From the IMG/VR virus record IMGVR_UViG_3300045257_000186, positions 1-53,836 of that record: 53,836 nt of DNA; one strand, given 5' to 3'. Shown piece by piece: positions 9,555 to 23,079 of the stretch. The DNA comes from a virus (Duplodnaviria; Caudoviricetes). The notes under the pieces were generated by a model. The model was not told the origin of the DNA. It worked only from the letters and a program-made list of their open reading frames with translations, and did not search any database. Every line of letters starts with the position of its first letter. The stretch's first letter is position 1. The translations under genes were made by a program, and so were the position numbers.

Positions 9555-12469
9555 TGGCCGCTCCGATAATTACAACGCTGTTCCCGACTAGCGGGCCTGC
9601 AATCGGCGGCACGAGCGTCAATATCGGCGGCACGTTCAATCCGGTCGCCACGGCTGTTACCTTCGGCGGCATCGCGGCCACGATCACGACCGCGTTTCTC
9701 GGCGAGACTATCGTAACCACGCCGCCGCACGCTGCCGGCACCGTCGATGTGGTCGTGACAAACGCCGATGGCAGCACGACCGACCCTGGCGCTTACACCT
9801 ATACCTCCATACCGCCGACCGTTACTCATATCGACCCCCCGACCGGGACGGCCGTGGGCGGGGCGGCCGTCGGGATCACCGGCACCAATTTCGACCAGGG
9901 CGTAACCGGCGTCACCGTCGGCGGTGTCCCGGCAACCGGTATCCTCTTCGTCGACGCAGAGCACTTGATTGCGTTCACTGGCGCGCACGTGGCTGGGGTC
10001 GTCGACGTTGCGGTGACAACGGAGGCGGGAAGCGGCGTGGGGACCGGTCTCTACACCTATACGATCCCGCCGGTCCCGGCCTGGAACGTCTATCTGTTCG
10101 ATGATTGCTGCCACCTATGGGTCTCGCACGATACCGGCGGGACCTATGTGGAGAGCGCCACGCCGTTTCCCGGCGACAATCTCGCCAACGTCGGCACGCT
10201 AGAGGACCCTTGGTCCGATTTGCTGATGGCCATCAATGATGGCGACTACAGTACGATGTGGGGCGTCGACAATCAGTATAATTTCGGCGGGTTTGGCATC
10301 TTTGCCGTGTCCAAGCAGCAGGGGGCAAATGATACTTGGACCTTGATCGATCCCGAACCCGGAACGCCGGCGGCCACCGATAACCAGGATTTCTTTACCG
10401 AGCATGTTTCCGGCGCTTTCAGCGCTAACGGTGTGTTGCTTTCTCTGCCCAACAAGTTTTTTGATAACGTCAACGGTACCGGCCCGTTCTATCCGCGCAT
10501 TTCACGCGACAACGGCGCGACGTGGAACGATCTCACCGCCTTGGGGGCAAACATCGCGTGGTCGCGTGGTTGTTTCAGCGCCAATGCGGTAACAATGTAC
10601 GCCAAGCCGTCGGGCGATAGCAGCATTGCAGGCGATAGCACCCCTACCGCCACCATCCTCAACCCGGCCTATCTGTTCAAAAGCGTCAACAGCGGCGCGT
10701 CATGGACGCAATTGGGGAGCGGTCCAAGCTTTAACGGTACAACCACAGCGGCCGATTATGAAGGCCAGATGCGGCTGCGGTGCAGCAAAAACGGCCAGAT
10801 TGTCGCCATGGTCAATGTCGGCGGCGTGTTCTGGTGGTCGACCGATGGTGGTGCTTCGTGGAGTAACAAGGACTTCAACGGATTTTTCCCTGACGCCATA
10901 ACCACCGGGACCAAGGGCGCAGCCGACTTCGGCATGTCCGACGACGGACAGACATTCATTGTTGGTTTTACGACCGCTACAGACACCAAAGCTGGTGTTG
11001 CGCTTTCCCTCAACGGCGGCATTTCATGGAACTTAGTTTCACTTAAAAATCCATCTGCGAAAATTATGAATTTCCGAGCCTGCAACACCTTCACTGACGG
11101 TGTTGCGATGGTGGTTACTGGCCAATTTGAGGATTTTCTTATTCACGGTCCGGACCACGACGTCTGCCTGATGTATGCCAATGTGTCGATAGATTCCGGC
11201 GCTACTTGGACGCTGACAGCCTATTTTGCCGACCAAGACCAGAACAGTTCCACGCTCGGCTTCTTTACCTCGCTCTTTATGGTGCCGCAGACAGCGCCGC
11301 CTAACCCATTTATGGCGCCTCGGGCCGGCTACATCATCGAGCGGCTGGACAATCGACTGTGGCCGACCGTCGAGGATTGCTGGTGCGTGGACTGTGGTTT
11401 CACCAATTTCAAGCCGACGCCAGCCGCCACGCTCTTTGCCACCTCCACTACCGGAGCCGGCATTATCACCGGGGTTACGAACCTGATCGGTGGCCAGAAC
11501 TACTCGGCGGCGACAACGGTGCAGGTGGTCGACGACGATGGCTTGGGTTTCGGCTCCGGCGCGATCGCGATCCCGACCATTACCGCCGGCGTCATAACCG
11601 CGATCAATTTCCTTCCCGGCGGCTCCGGCTACGTCTACCCGCAGCTCGTCTTTAACGATCCGGAGAATACCGGCAGCGGCGCCAGCGCGACCGTAGCCCT
11701 GGACAACTCCATGACGTTCACGGCCGATGCGCCGGTCTTTGCGGTCGGCGACATCGGCAGCGTGATCCGGGCCGGCGACGGCGTTGCCGTCATCACCGCA
11801 TTCGTCAACAGCCAGCAGGTGACGGCCAACCTTATTTCCCCGATCGCCGCCGCCCGCCTTATCTTCGACGCCGGCACTTGGACGATGACCGCGCCGTTCG
11901 ACGCGCTCTACTTGCCAGCGCTGGTCGGCTTTACGATCACCGGCTTGGCCGATGGTCAGATCATTCCGCCAACTCTGGTGCCAGCAAACGGCATGGTCAC
12001 GCTGGCAACACCGGCCTCTGCCATCATTGTCGGCCTCGCGTTCCAGGCGCAATTGCAAAGCACCTATCTGGACGCCGGCGAGCCGACGGTGCAGGGCCAG
12101 CGCAAGAAGGTCGCCGAAGTCACGGTCCGCGTCGAGCAGAGCGCGGGCTTCCAGGTCGGCGCCAATCAACCGGACGGCTCGGTGCAGAGCCCGCAGGAAT
12201 TGTTCACGCTCTGGCAGAACATGGTCGCGGCGCCGACGCACGCAGTCGCGGCGTTCAATGCGCCGTTCACGCCCCTATTCACAGGCGACATTCGCGTGCC
12301 GATTCCTGGAGGCTGGAATACGCGCGGCCAGGTGGCCGTGCAGCAATTACAGCCGCTTCCATTGCAGGTACTAGACTACGTTCCTGAGACCCTTGGCGGC
12401 GATGACCCGGCGCAGAAGGCTCCGGCGCGCAGACAAAACCGGGGTGCCGCCACGGAAGGACAGCAATAA
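9554..12469 (+). CDS. IPT/TIG Ig-like repeats + Asp-box (BNR) propeller fused to the C-terminal portion of tail tubular protein B
   Basis: Two 'P.SGP..GG..V.I.G..F..V..GG' IPT repeats; Asp boxes SRDNGATW, SVNSGASW, STDGGASW, SLNGGISW, SIDSGATW; then nozzle C-terminus 'YIIERLDNRLW..DCWCVDCG', 'GLADG', 'TVQGQRKKV', 'LFTGD', 'QPLPLQV'. Confidence 0.8.
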   Translation: MAAPIITTLFPTSGPAIGGTSVNIGGTFNPVATAVTFGGIAATITTAFLGETIVTTPPHAAGTVDVVVTNADGSTTDPGAYTYTSIPPTVTHIDPPTGTAVGGAAVGITGTNFDQGVTGVTVGGVPATGILFVDAEHLIAFTGAHVAGVVDVAVTTEAGSGVGTGLYTYTIPPVPAWNVYLFDDCCHLWVSHDTGGTYVESATPFPGDNLANVGTLEDPWSDLLMAINDGDYSTMWGVDNQYNFGGFGIFAVSKQQGANDTWTLIDPEPGTPAATDNQDFFTEHVSGAFSANGVLLSLPNKFFDNVNGTGPFYPRISRDNGATWNDLTALGANIAWSRGCFSANAVTMYAKPSGDSSIAGDSTPTATILNPAYLFKSVNSGASWTQLGSGPSFNGTTTAADYEGQMRLRCSKNGQIVAMVNVGGVFWWSTDGGASWSNKDFNGFFPDAITTGTKGAADFGMSDDGQTFIVGFTTATDTKAGVALSLNGGISWNLVSLKNPSAKIMNFRACNTFTDGVAMVVTGQFEDFLIHGPDHDVCLMYANVSIDSGATWTLTAYFADQDQNSSTLGFFTSLFMVPQTAPPNPFMAPRAGYIIERLDNRLWPTVEDCWCVDCGFTNFKPTPAATLFATSTTGAGIITGVTNLIGGQNYSAATTVQVVDDDGLGFGSGAIAIPTITAGVITAINFLPGGSGYVYPQLVFNDPENTGSGASATVALDNSMTFTADAPVFAVGDIGSVIRAGDGVAVITAFVNSQQVTANLISPIAAARLIFDAGTWTMTAPFDALYLPALVGFTITGLADGQIIPPTLVPANGMVTLATPASAIIVGLAFQAQLQSTYLDAGEPTVQGQRKKVAEVTVRVEQSAGFQVGANQPDGSVQSPQELFTLWQNMVAAPTHAVAAFNAPFTPLFTGDIRVPIPGGWNTRGQVAVQQLQPLPLQVLDYVPETLGGDDPAQKAPARRQNRGAATEGQQ

Positions 12470-12567
12470 TGACAGTTGACGAAAAATTAGCATGGATCGT
12501 TCTGCTCTCCCTTGCGCTCGCGTTTATCGTGCCGTGTTTCTTTTATATGCTGCGAAAGACAAATTAG
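12469..12567 (+). CDS. small membrane peptide (32 aa)
   Basis: MTVDEKLAWIVLLSLALAFIVPCFFYMLRKTN; TAATG overlap with the upstream stop; fills the intergenic gap. Confidence 0.4.
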   Translation: MTVDEKLAWIVLLSLALAFIVPCFFYMLRKTN

Positions 12568-12570
12568 GCC

Positions 12571-13098
12571 ATGGTTGGTTACAGGATCATCGAAGCGCAG
12601 CCGTGGCATTGCGGCCAGATGGCTAGGATACTGCGCCAGGATCACCAGAAGGCGCTGGCCATGCTTGGGATTCCCTGTCACGCCCAATTGCGCTCCATGT
12701 TCGACGACAGCTCGTACCGACGCGCCTGCGAGGTGGACGGCAAGCTGATTGCGCTGTGGGGCGTATCGGGCCCGGCACTGGCCTATTACGGCGTCGTGTG
12801 GCTCGCTCTTGCCGGCGAGATAAAGAAATACCCGATCGCGCTGATTAAAGAGGTGCGACGCCAACTCGACGAGATCATGCAGATCAAACGGCTCTTAATC
12901 TGCACGTTGCTCGAGGACGATGAGGCGTCGCACCGCTTCGCTATTTTCCTCGGATTTGTGCCGACGGTCGGTGAGGCGTATGTTCTGCCAGCCGAAACGC
13001 GATTTGGTCGCCTCGAGGTCGCGAGGCAATTAAAGGAAGCGGAATTGATACCGGCAGGCACGGGGCATGTTCGGTTCATGTCCTACAAGGGGATATAG
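12571..13098 (+). CDS. GNAT-fold virion assembly protein (T7 gp13-like)
   Basis: Position after the nozzle; 'VDGKLIALWGV', 'VVWL', 'HRFAIFLGF' pattern. Confidence 0.65.
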   Translation: MVGYRIIEAQPWHCGQMARILRQDHQKALAMLGIPCHAQLRSMFDDSSYRRACEVDGKLIALWGVSGPALAYYGVVWLALAGEIKKYPIALIKEVRRQLDEIMQIKRLLICTLLEDDEASHRFAIFLGFVPTVGEAYVLPAETRFGRLEVARQLKEAELIPAGTGHVRFMSYKGI

Positions 13099-13602
13099 AT
13101 GGCGCTTGTCGGTCTGGTCGGCGGCCTCGTTTCCGCAGCAGGCATGGTCTACGAGGGCGTAGCGAAGGCCCAATCGCTGCGGTACCAATCCCAGGTAGCA
13201 GCAAATAACGCAATAACGGCACAGCGGCAGGCGGCTTACGCGATCGAGGCCGGCCAAGCCGCGCAGGCAAAAAAGTCCATGGAGAAGGCCGCACAGTTCG
13301 GCCAGATCAAAGCCGAGCAGGCGGCGAGCGGGACCGACGTCAATACCGGGTCGAACAAGGCGGTGCAGGTTTCGGCACGCGAGCTAGGAGAGTTGGACAC
13401 CTTGCAGGAAGGCCAGAAGTATCAATTGGCCGCCTACGGCTACCGCACTCAGGCAACCAATTTCCAGGCTCAGTCGCAGCTATACGGCTACGAGGCGCCG
13501 CAGGCCGAGATCGGTGCCGACATCGGTGCAGCAGGAACGGCCCTTGGTGCTGCGGGCAAGTGGTACGGACCTACGGGCGGCGCGCCAATAATAGGGGGCT
13601 AA
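13099..13602 (+). CDS. internal virion (ejection) protein, gp14-like
   Basis: Gly/Ala N-terminus, 'QSQVAANNA', 'QAASGTDVNTGS' motif; synteny. Confidence 0.7.
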   Translation: MALVGLVGGLVSAAGMVYEGVAKAQSLRYQSQVAANNAITAQRQAAYAIEAGQAAQAKKSMEKAAQFGQIKAEQAASGTDVNTGSNKAVQVSARELGELDTLQEGQKYQLAAYGYRTQATNFQAQSQLYGYEAPQAEIGADIGAAGTALGAAGKWYGPTGGAPIIGG

Positions 13603-13612
13603 AATCCCGCAG

Positions 13613-15082
13613 GTGCCTTATAAGCCGTATCCCGAAGAGGCGCCGCAGGCCGACGCGCCGGCACGCTATTTCGAGCCGAAGGACGTCAGCGCCGCCACGT
13701 TTGGCGGTCTCATCGCCAAGGGGGTCGAGGAATTCGGCGCGGCCGCTACGAGGGTCGGTGAGCAATGGGGGCAGACACAGAAGGACCAGGCGCTCAATGC
13801 GGCGATTGGGGAAGGGGAAACCGCAGCCGAGGAATTCGGCAAGCTGCAAGGTGCGGACGCAGTTAATGCAGAGCAGGACTACAAAACTAGGGTTGATGAA
13901 ATTGGCGCGCGCTACAAGAGCCAACTGCCAGCCTACCTACAAAACGAGTTCGACGTTGCTTTCCGGCCCTACGTCTACCGCTACATCAACGGCAAGATTT
14001 CCACCCACGCGCTCACGCAGGGCCAAGAATACCAAAAGAGCGTCAACACCGCGACGATGGCGCGGGCCGGTGAGCAGGCGGAAGCCAATTATGCCGACCC
14101 CCGCCAATTCGTCGAGCCCGATCCGAACAATCCGACCGGCTCGGCTCGCGAACTAGCTTGGTCCGCTGCGCTCAAACACCTCCAAGCGGCCGGCAACGAG
14201 AACGATCCGCTCCTTCACAAGCGGGCGATCCAAGCCGCCGACGACTATGTTCTCTCGCGAGCTGCGGAAGCGTGGTACGTCCAGAACAAGGCCGCCGGCC
14301 TAGACTTTCTCGACCATCACCGCAAAGAGTTTAGCCCTGCGGAATATGACAAACTCTACGGCAAATTCCGCAACGGTGCGGAGATTGCCGAGGACCGCGC
14401 CACCTCCGACCAGATTAGGCAGGATATCGAGGCCGGGAAAATCCCGACCGTATCCGGCACCGAGCCGCCTGCCGGGAACGTCGTTCCGATAAGGCCGGGG
14501 ATAACGCCGGGCGTAAGCCAAGCAGCGCCGCTACCATATTATGCCGCCACGACCATCCAACTCGAAAGCGGCGGAGCCGCTGGCGTGACCGCGGGAAGCT
14601 ATCGAGGGTTGGGGCAGTTCGGCCCGCAGGAAGAGAAGCGTTGGGGCATTACAAATCCGGACGATCCAGCCCAAGTCAGCCGCGCCTTAAATATGGAGGC
14701 GAACGAAAACCGCGCCGCCTTGGCTCGTGTCACTGGCCGCGAACCGACGCCGGCCGAATTCTATTTGGCACATCAGCAGGGACTTGCTGGCGCGGTCGCG
14801 CACCTTAGCAATCCGGAGCGCCTGGCATGGCGTAGTATGGCGCAAACCGGAGAGGGACGGCAGAAGGGCGAGGATTGGGCCAAGCGCGCTATCTGGGGCA
14901 ACATGACCGCATCAATGAAAGCGCAATTCCCCGGCGGCGTCGATACGGTAACGAGTGGCAATTTCGTCAAGCTGTGGGACGCGCGCTACGGCCAGATCGC
15001 GTCGCGAGTGGCCTATGATGAAGCCGCTAAAAATTATCGTCGGGCTTATGGTCTCTACGAGCCGACACAGGCGCAACGCTGA
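13613..15082 (+). CDS. internal virion protein with C-terminal lysozyme-like/transglycosylase domain
   Basis: Helical N-terminus; 'IQLESGG..YRGLGQF', 'YLAHQQGLAGA' lysozyme-fold motifs. Confidence 0.65.
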   Translation: MPYKPYPEEAPQADAPARYFEPKDVSAATFGGLIAKGVEEFGAAATRVGEQWGQTQKDQALNAAIGEGETAAEEFGKLQGADAVNAEQDYKTRVDEIGARYKSQLPAYLQNEFDVAFRPYVYRYINGKISTHALTQGQEYQKSVNTATMARAGEQAEANYADPRQFVEPDPNNPTGSARELAWSAALKHLQAAGNENDPLLHKRAIQAADDYVLSRAAEAWYVQNKAAGLDFLDHHRKEFSPAEYDKLYGKFRNGAEIAEDRATSDQIRQDIEAGKIPTVSGTEPPAGNVVPIRPGITPGVSQAAPLPYYAATTIQLESGGAAGVTAGSYRGLGQFGPQEEKRWGITNPDDPAQVSRALNMEANENRAALARVTGREPTPAEFYLAHQQGLAGAVAHLSNPERLAWRSMAQTGEGRQKGEDWAKRAIWGNMTASMKAQFPGGVDTVTSGNFVKLWDARYGQIASRVAYDEAAKNYRRAYGLYEPTQAQR

Positions 15083-16329
15083 TGGCCGAGCCGCAGCCCT
15101 TCCCGGATACCAAGGTCGGTGCACTCCCTGATTTCGGGGGCATGAACGACGACGATATCAGGAATTGGGCGGGCGGGACCGATCAACGGACGACGGCCCC
15201 CGAGCCTACCTCGGCCGCGCCGGAACCAGAGCCAGAGCCGTCGCCAGAGCCAAAGGACGGCGCGACCTTCCCGCCGCCGCCAGCCCCTACGCCCGGCGTC
15301 TACTCTCCGGCCAAGGAGCAGGCCGCGATGCGCGCCGCCAGCGCCATCCAAGACCCGGCGCGCCGCGCGCGCGTCATGCAGTATCTCAAGCAGGATTATG
15401 CCAATGACCGGATGATGGATGGCGTCACCGCGCAGATGCGCGAGGACAACAAGAACACCGCCACCGCATCCTATTTCGGCCTAGTCAATAAATTGATGGA
15501 CAGCCAGGACATTGGCTGGAACGACAAGCTGACTGGCATGAATACGATTGTCAGCCGCATCCGCAACGACCCGCGCTTGGCCTACGGCGAGACACAGCAG
15601 CTCGTAATCGACCACCTCTACAACATGGTCGGCCTGCCGAACCCGAGGACTTACGGCGCTGACTTTCTGCAAGTGCAAAGCGGTGTCGCTGACGGCACGA
15701 TCAGTAGCGTCGAGCAAATCCTGCAAATGGAGAAGCCGACGCCGGACGGTCGGCCGCCGCGACTGACTTATAAGGGCGGTCAAGAAGCGATCACGATGCT
15801 CAATGAGCGTAACAAGCCGGAAGGGAATTTGAACAAGGAGCGTGCCGAGTTTTTCAAGCGGTACGGCGGCGCGATCGATCCTGGCGTCCCCGGCGCCGGC
15901 ACCGCACTCGGCCAGCAAAAAATCTATATGGCGATGCAGGCGGCTAAAGCGCGCGAAGTCGAGGTCGTCGCTAAGAAGGGCAACCCGCTAGACGTTTATA
16001 CGCCTGGTACTAAGGATTATTTTGGCACCCCGGAAAACATGGCCAAGTACCATGTCTCGATGGCTGAGACGATGCGGTACGAGGCCGAGCGCATGACCGC
16101 GGAAGGCACGCCTGCGTCAGCCGAGGCTTCTCCCGTCGTGCCCGCGTTGCCAGCGCCAGCCGCAGGGGCGGCAGCGGCAGCGCCCGCGCCTGACGGCACG
16201 CCGTTGCATCCTTGGCCCACCACCGGCATGACGCGCGAGCAGATCATCGCCAAATACAAGCCGGGTGATAGCGTGATCCTTCCTGACGGCCGCAAGGGCA
16301 CGGTGCCTTCGCCTTCCGTGAGCCAGTGA
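15082..16329 (+). CDS. internal virion protein
   Basis: 415 aa helical ORF, overlapping stop/start with both neighbours. Confidence 0.6.
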   Translation: MAEPQPFPDTKVGALPDFGGMNDDDIRNWAGGTDQRTTAPEPTSAAPEPEPEPSPEPKDGATFPPPPAPTPGVYSPAKEQAAMRAASAIQDPARRARVMQYLKQDYANDRMMDGVTAQMREDNKNTATASYFGLVNKLMDSQDIGWNDKLTGMNTIVSRIRNDPRLAYGETQQLVIDHLYNMVGLPNPRTYGADFLQVQSGVADGTISSVEQILQMEKPTPDGRPPRLTYKGGQEAITMLNERNKPEGNLNKERAEFFKRYGGAIDPGVPGAGTALGQQKIYMAMQAAKAREVEVVAKKGNPLDVYTPGTKDYFGTPENMAKYHVSMAETMRYEAERMTAEGTPASAEASPVVPALPAPAAGAAAAAPAPDGTPLHPWPTTGMTREQIIAKYKPGDSVILPDGRKGTVPSPSVSQ

Positions 16330-19300
16330 TGGCAGGGGAGCCCGATCAATTTGCCGATTTCTCCCCCAAGGAACAGCCACGGGGGGCAGCCGACGAATTC
16401 GCCGATTTTAATCCACATACTCTAGCGACCGCGCCCAAAGAGGCGATCCCGCATGCACTGATGCAGAGGTTTAGCGACGGCCCATGGTCCGGCGGTGCAA
16501 GCCCGGTACGGTTCTTGAACGAGGGCGTCTTGACGCCAGCACAAAGCGCTGCCGAACAACTCCTGCGCACGCCGAACTCTATCATAGAGAAGATCGGCCG
16601 GGATGGACCGTTAGACGACGAAACCGAGAAGCCAGAGCAGCCGGACGACGCGGCCCGTACTGTAGCCACGGCGGGGGTGCTAGCCGGCGCAATCCATCCG
16701 TTCGCTCGTAGCGAGACATTTGCCTCATCGGAATATGCGAAACGCTATGCCGCCGAGCAGTTCAAGCGGGCGGCAGCAACGCCAGGCCTCTTCGGCGGCT
16801 TGCCGCGCGGGCTTTTAGGGCTTGCCGGCGCAGCAGGCGCGATGATCGCGAGCGGCCCCGAGTTGATAGAGTCGCTGTTTGAAAAAGCCCAAGAAGCCTA
16901 TCGAAAGGGCCTCACGCCAGAACAGGAAGCGGAATTTGCCACCAACGCCGCGTTACTGGAACTCGGTGGCGGCGAGATATTCAGGAAGCCTCCAGACCGC
17001 GCTATCGGTGTCGTTCCTAAGCCGCAAGACTTTGCCACCGCGGCGAAAGTGATCGCTGGCAAGGACGATCCTATCGTCGCCGACAAGGCCATCCGCCTGC
17101 ACGACGAATTCGGCATCAACCCGGCCGAGGTCGTTCACGATGCCAAGACCGATCCCGAGGTCGCCGCAAGCATGACGTCGCCGCAGATCGCGGACTTGCC
17201 CCGGAAATACACGGAAGGCGAGAAGAGCGAGGATCAAAAGTTAGATGAGGCGGCGGGTGTGATCGATTGGCGGGCACCCGTGGCTACGCCACGAATGGCG
17301 ATGCCGGGAGAATTAACGGCAGAGGTGAAGATTGACGACGCCTATTATACAGGGCCGACGCACCACGAGGCATATTTAAATGCGCTTAAAGAAATCGGCA
17401 AAGGACCGAAAGAGGTTGATGTCCAAGAGACTGATGGTTTTCTCACGGCAGAAGGAGAACATATTAGCCGCGCAGAGGCTAATGATCGATACGCCAATGT
17501 CGCTACCCGGCCGCCGCCATCCAATGAGTTCTCGGTCTACCATGAACAAGCCAGAGATAACGTCATTGCCGAAAGGGACCGCTATGCCGAAAGCCAAACG
17601 CCCGAAATCAAAACCGCCCTCGAAGCCGCAGCAGCAGACGTTGCAAGACAAGGTAGCGCAGGACCAGGCGGACTTGGCGAAATGGTCGGCGGTCGCGGCA
17701 CAGCCGAACTTACCGCCCGAGGTGGCGGAGGCGGCGCGGAACTTGGCGCACTCGAGCAGGCTGGCGGTTATGCTCGGCCAGAAGGCGCTGCTGTACCAGG
17801 AGCCGAATACCCCGGAGAACCCGGAGCCGCCGCCGGCGATGTTGGCGGACGAGAAGGCCCCGCAGTAGCGGCCGGTGCCGCGCCTACCGCCGCGCAACTG
17901 CCGCCGATCGGGGTCGGCGGTGCCGGAATGCCGCGCGCCAATCCGTACTTCACCTACGATGATCGGACGTTCGCCAAAGTATTCATCGGAGCGATAAGAA
18001 CCTACAAAAAAACCTTCCAACCAGAGCTTATCAGTGATCGGGCGCTGCAAGCCGAACCGTTGTTTGCAGCATTCAAATCGGCAACGGAGGAAGGGAAGGT
18101 GGGGGTTATCAAGCAATCCGAAGATGCCCGTCAATTCTGGCGGCCTACGACCGACACCGAACGGTTTGATTATGTGGATCGGGTCGAACGGCTGAAGCAG
18201 GGCGCGGTCATGCCCGCAGAGTGGAAGGAGAAGGCCGAGCGCCACCGCATAATGCTAGACGCGGCCGAGGCGATAGAAAAGGAATTCGGCTCCAAAGCCG
18301 CATACCGCGAAGACTATTTCCCGCATCAGTTTTTGGACCCGGATAAGGCGCGCGGTTTTGTCAATGCCAAGGTTGCCCAACTCGGGCCGACTTGGTTCCA
18401 AAAGGAGCGTGTTTTCGATTTGCTCCGTGAAGCACTTGAGTCCGGATTGCGGCTCAAGACCACCAACCCGGAGGACATGGTTGTAAACCGCCTACTATCG
18501 TCCGTCGACATGCAGGAGCGTATGAAGTTACTAAAAAGCTTGGAGGAAATGAATCTTTCCAGAAAAGTCACTGATCTCAATGGCGGCAATTATGGCAATC
18601 TGAACGACCATCTGCGCGAGGGTTGGCAACCGATCAACGCGCCGGATCGCGAGCAATGGTTGCTTCATCCTGACATTCAGCCATTATGGAAGAATGCCGT
18701 CGACGCCAAGGGCTTTTGGGCAATGGAGGGCCCGGTCGGTAGCAGTTTCCGCGCCTGGATGGCGTTCAAAGCGGTATGGGTGCCGATCAAGTTGGCGCTG
18801 ACGCTTTTCCATCCGTTGCATGTCTACGGCATCAATGTCGCGCAGGGCCTTGCGCGCGGGTGGACGCAAATCGTCAAAGGCGGTGATTTTCTTGGCGCGG
18901 CGCAAAGTGTGGCGGAAGGTGTCTATGGACCGATCCTCTCTGCCGTCCCTGGCGTGCCGCATCTAGGAAAAGACATTAAACTCGCTTGGGAAACGCCGAA
19001 AGAAGAGAGAACGCCACAGCAGCAAAGCTACGTCGACGTTTTGAACGACGGCGGCTTCGTGCCGCAAATGTCCGAGCAATTGAGGATCAATGCTAGGCGC
19101 GCGCTTGAAGAAGCAATGGATAAGGGCAGTTGGCTCAAGACTATTCCCGCCGCCATCCGGCGCGGCATCGAAATCATGCAGGCACCGATTTTCGAAAAGT
19201 GGATTCCGTCGCTCAAAGCAGCGGCGTATTTTAATGATTACCAAGCATTGATGGCGCGTCGGCCCGAGTTGCTGGACAATAAAATCCAAAGAATGGCGGC

Positions 19301-20629
19301 GGCGCGAACGATAGCAAAGTCCGTCGATAACCGTTTCGGTGAAATGTTTTACGGCGGCCTGTTTTGGAACCGCTACGTCAAGGACGCGGGGATCGCCTCG
19401 TTCCTCTCATTAAGCTGGAACCTCGGCGGCATGTTCCGCGAATTCGGCGGCGCGCTGCTAGAGCCGGAAGCCCGCCTGATCGACCGCATGATAAACGGCG
19501 CGCCGACAGAGACGCAGGCGACAATCAGGGATGCGCAGAATAAGTTGCCGATGGTGATTTCTTACGCTGCGTCTGGCGCGCTCTTTTTAGGGATGTTGAG
19601 TTGGGCATTGAGCGGAAAACCGCCAGAAGGGTTGGATTGGGTTTTCCCCCGCACCGGCAGAGACAACCCGGACGGCACGCCGCATCGGCTCACCAGCATG
19701 TTTTATCATCGCGAAATCCCGATGCTACTCAAGCATGTCCAAGAGCAGGGCGGCGGTGTAAGCGGGGCGTTCGTGGGCGGCGGCGAAATGCTCTACAACA
19801 AAATGCTGCTCCAACCTTTTAAGGAATTTCTGCAAAACAAGGACTACTACGGCTCGGACATTTGGGACGAGAACGGGCCGCTTTATACAAAGGCTTGGCA
19901 ATACCTCACCCACACATTAGGCGAGCAGGCTTCGCCAATAAGCATTAGCGGCGCCAAGCAATCCCTTCTGACAGGCGGCGATTGGAAGGAGGCCGCCTTG
20001 GCGATGATGGGCTTCGGTCCTGCACCGAGCTATGTCTCCCGCGACGCCGATCAAAACCGGATCGCCTACCTATACGATCGCCACGTCGCGCCATTTGCGC
20101 GCACAGAAGAGAGCGGCGAAAAATCACGGACCCGCATCGATATCCGCAATCAACTCTTGATCGCGCAAAAGAACAACGATCAGGCCGGATTGCAGAGGGC
20201 TGCAAACGAATGGATGAAAAACGGCGGTTCGCGGCTCGCCATGTCCAATATCTTGCTTCATGTTCCTGGCGATATCCAAATGTTCCGGAGGTTGGAAATC
20301 CCAGACCAGGAAGCGGTGATGAAGGGCGCAACGCCGGCAAACCAAGCGAGATACAAGCCCTATCTGAAAACCGATATCGCGGTGCAAGCGGCCAACCTGA
20401 CGATGCAGGCCGAGCAACAGCGGGCGCAGGGCAACGGCGTGGCGGCGACGGCGACCGAACAACAGCTCTCCAAACTCATCAGCGATGCGGCGAAGAGCGG
20501 CCAGATCACCAATCTCTCGTCGTTCCGTCGCGCCCTCGCGCAACAACTTACCGCGCGCCATGCCCCAGACATCGCTGCCATCATGGCGCAACCTAAAAAG
20601 ATGCGGTCGCAATACATGGGGCCGCCACA

Positions 20630-20633
<4 letters not shown>
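16326..20633 (+). CDS. large internal virion / DNA ejection protein (gp16-like position)
   Basis: 1435 aa helical protein at the end of the ejection module. Confidence 0.7.
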
Positions 20634-22563
<1,930 letters not shown>

Positions 22564-22576
22564 GAAGGGGCCCCCG

Positions 22577-23077
22577 ATGTCCACCGTCAAGCTGAACTAC
22601 GCCTCGCCGGTCACGCTGACGATCACCAACGCCAGCTTGGCCACCTCCGCGACGGCCGGATGGCAATCGGCCGGGCAGGATAATACCTCAAACCTGTACC
22701 TCGATGCTCTAGTTCAAGTGAAACTCGCCGCAGTCAACACCGCGCCATCAGCCAGTGCCGCGATTTTTCTATACGCTTTTGGTGTGGCGGACGGCACGAC
22801 AACTGATTACGGCACCACTGGCGCGGCGGCGGTCACGGGGAGCGAGGGCACGCTGACGTTTCCGAACGTCACGACACTGGTGCCGGTGTGCCCGCTGATC
22901 GGGATCATCCCCTATCCGACACAGAATGTCGCGATTATCTCGCCGCCGTTCTCGATCGCGGCAGCGTTCAATAACATTTTGCCGGCCAAGTATGCGATCG
23001 GCATGGTCAACAATAGCGGCATGACACTCAGCGTCACCAGCATCAAGATCGTGCCGGTTTATAATACGGTGGTCTGA
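22577..23077 (+). CDS. hypothetical beta-sandwich virion protein
   Basis: 166 aa ORF after the fibre gene. Confidence 0.6.
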   Translation: MSTVKLNYASPVTLTITNASLATSATAGWQSAGQDNTSNLYLDALVQVKLAAVNTAPSASAAIFLYAFGVADGTTTDYGTTGAAAVTGSEGTLTFPNVTTLVPVCPLIGIIPYPTQNVAIISPPFSIAAAFNNILPAKYAIGMVNNSGMTLSVTSIKIVPVYNTVV

Positions 23078-23079
23078 CC

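Noticed and set aside
7565-11326. Self-splicing intron or intein explaining the split nozzle
   Set aside because: The insert holds structural-type ORFs with RBSs. I saw no group I/II intron features, maturase or intein terminal motifs. RT-PCR would still be the formal test.
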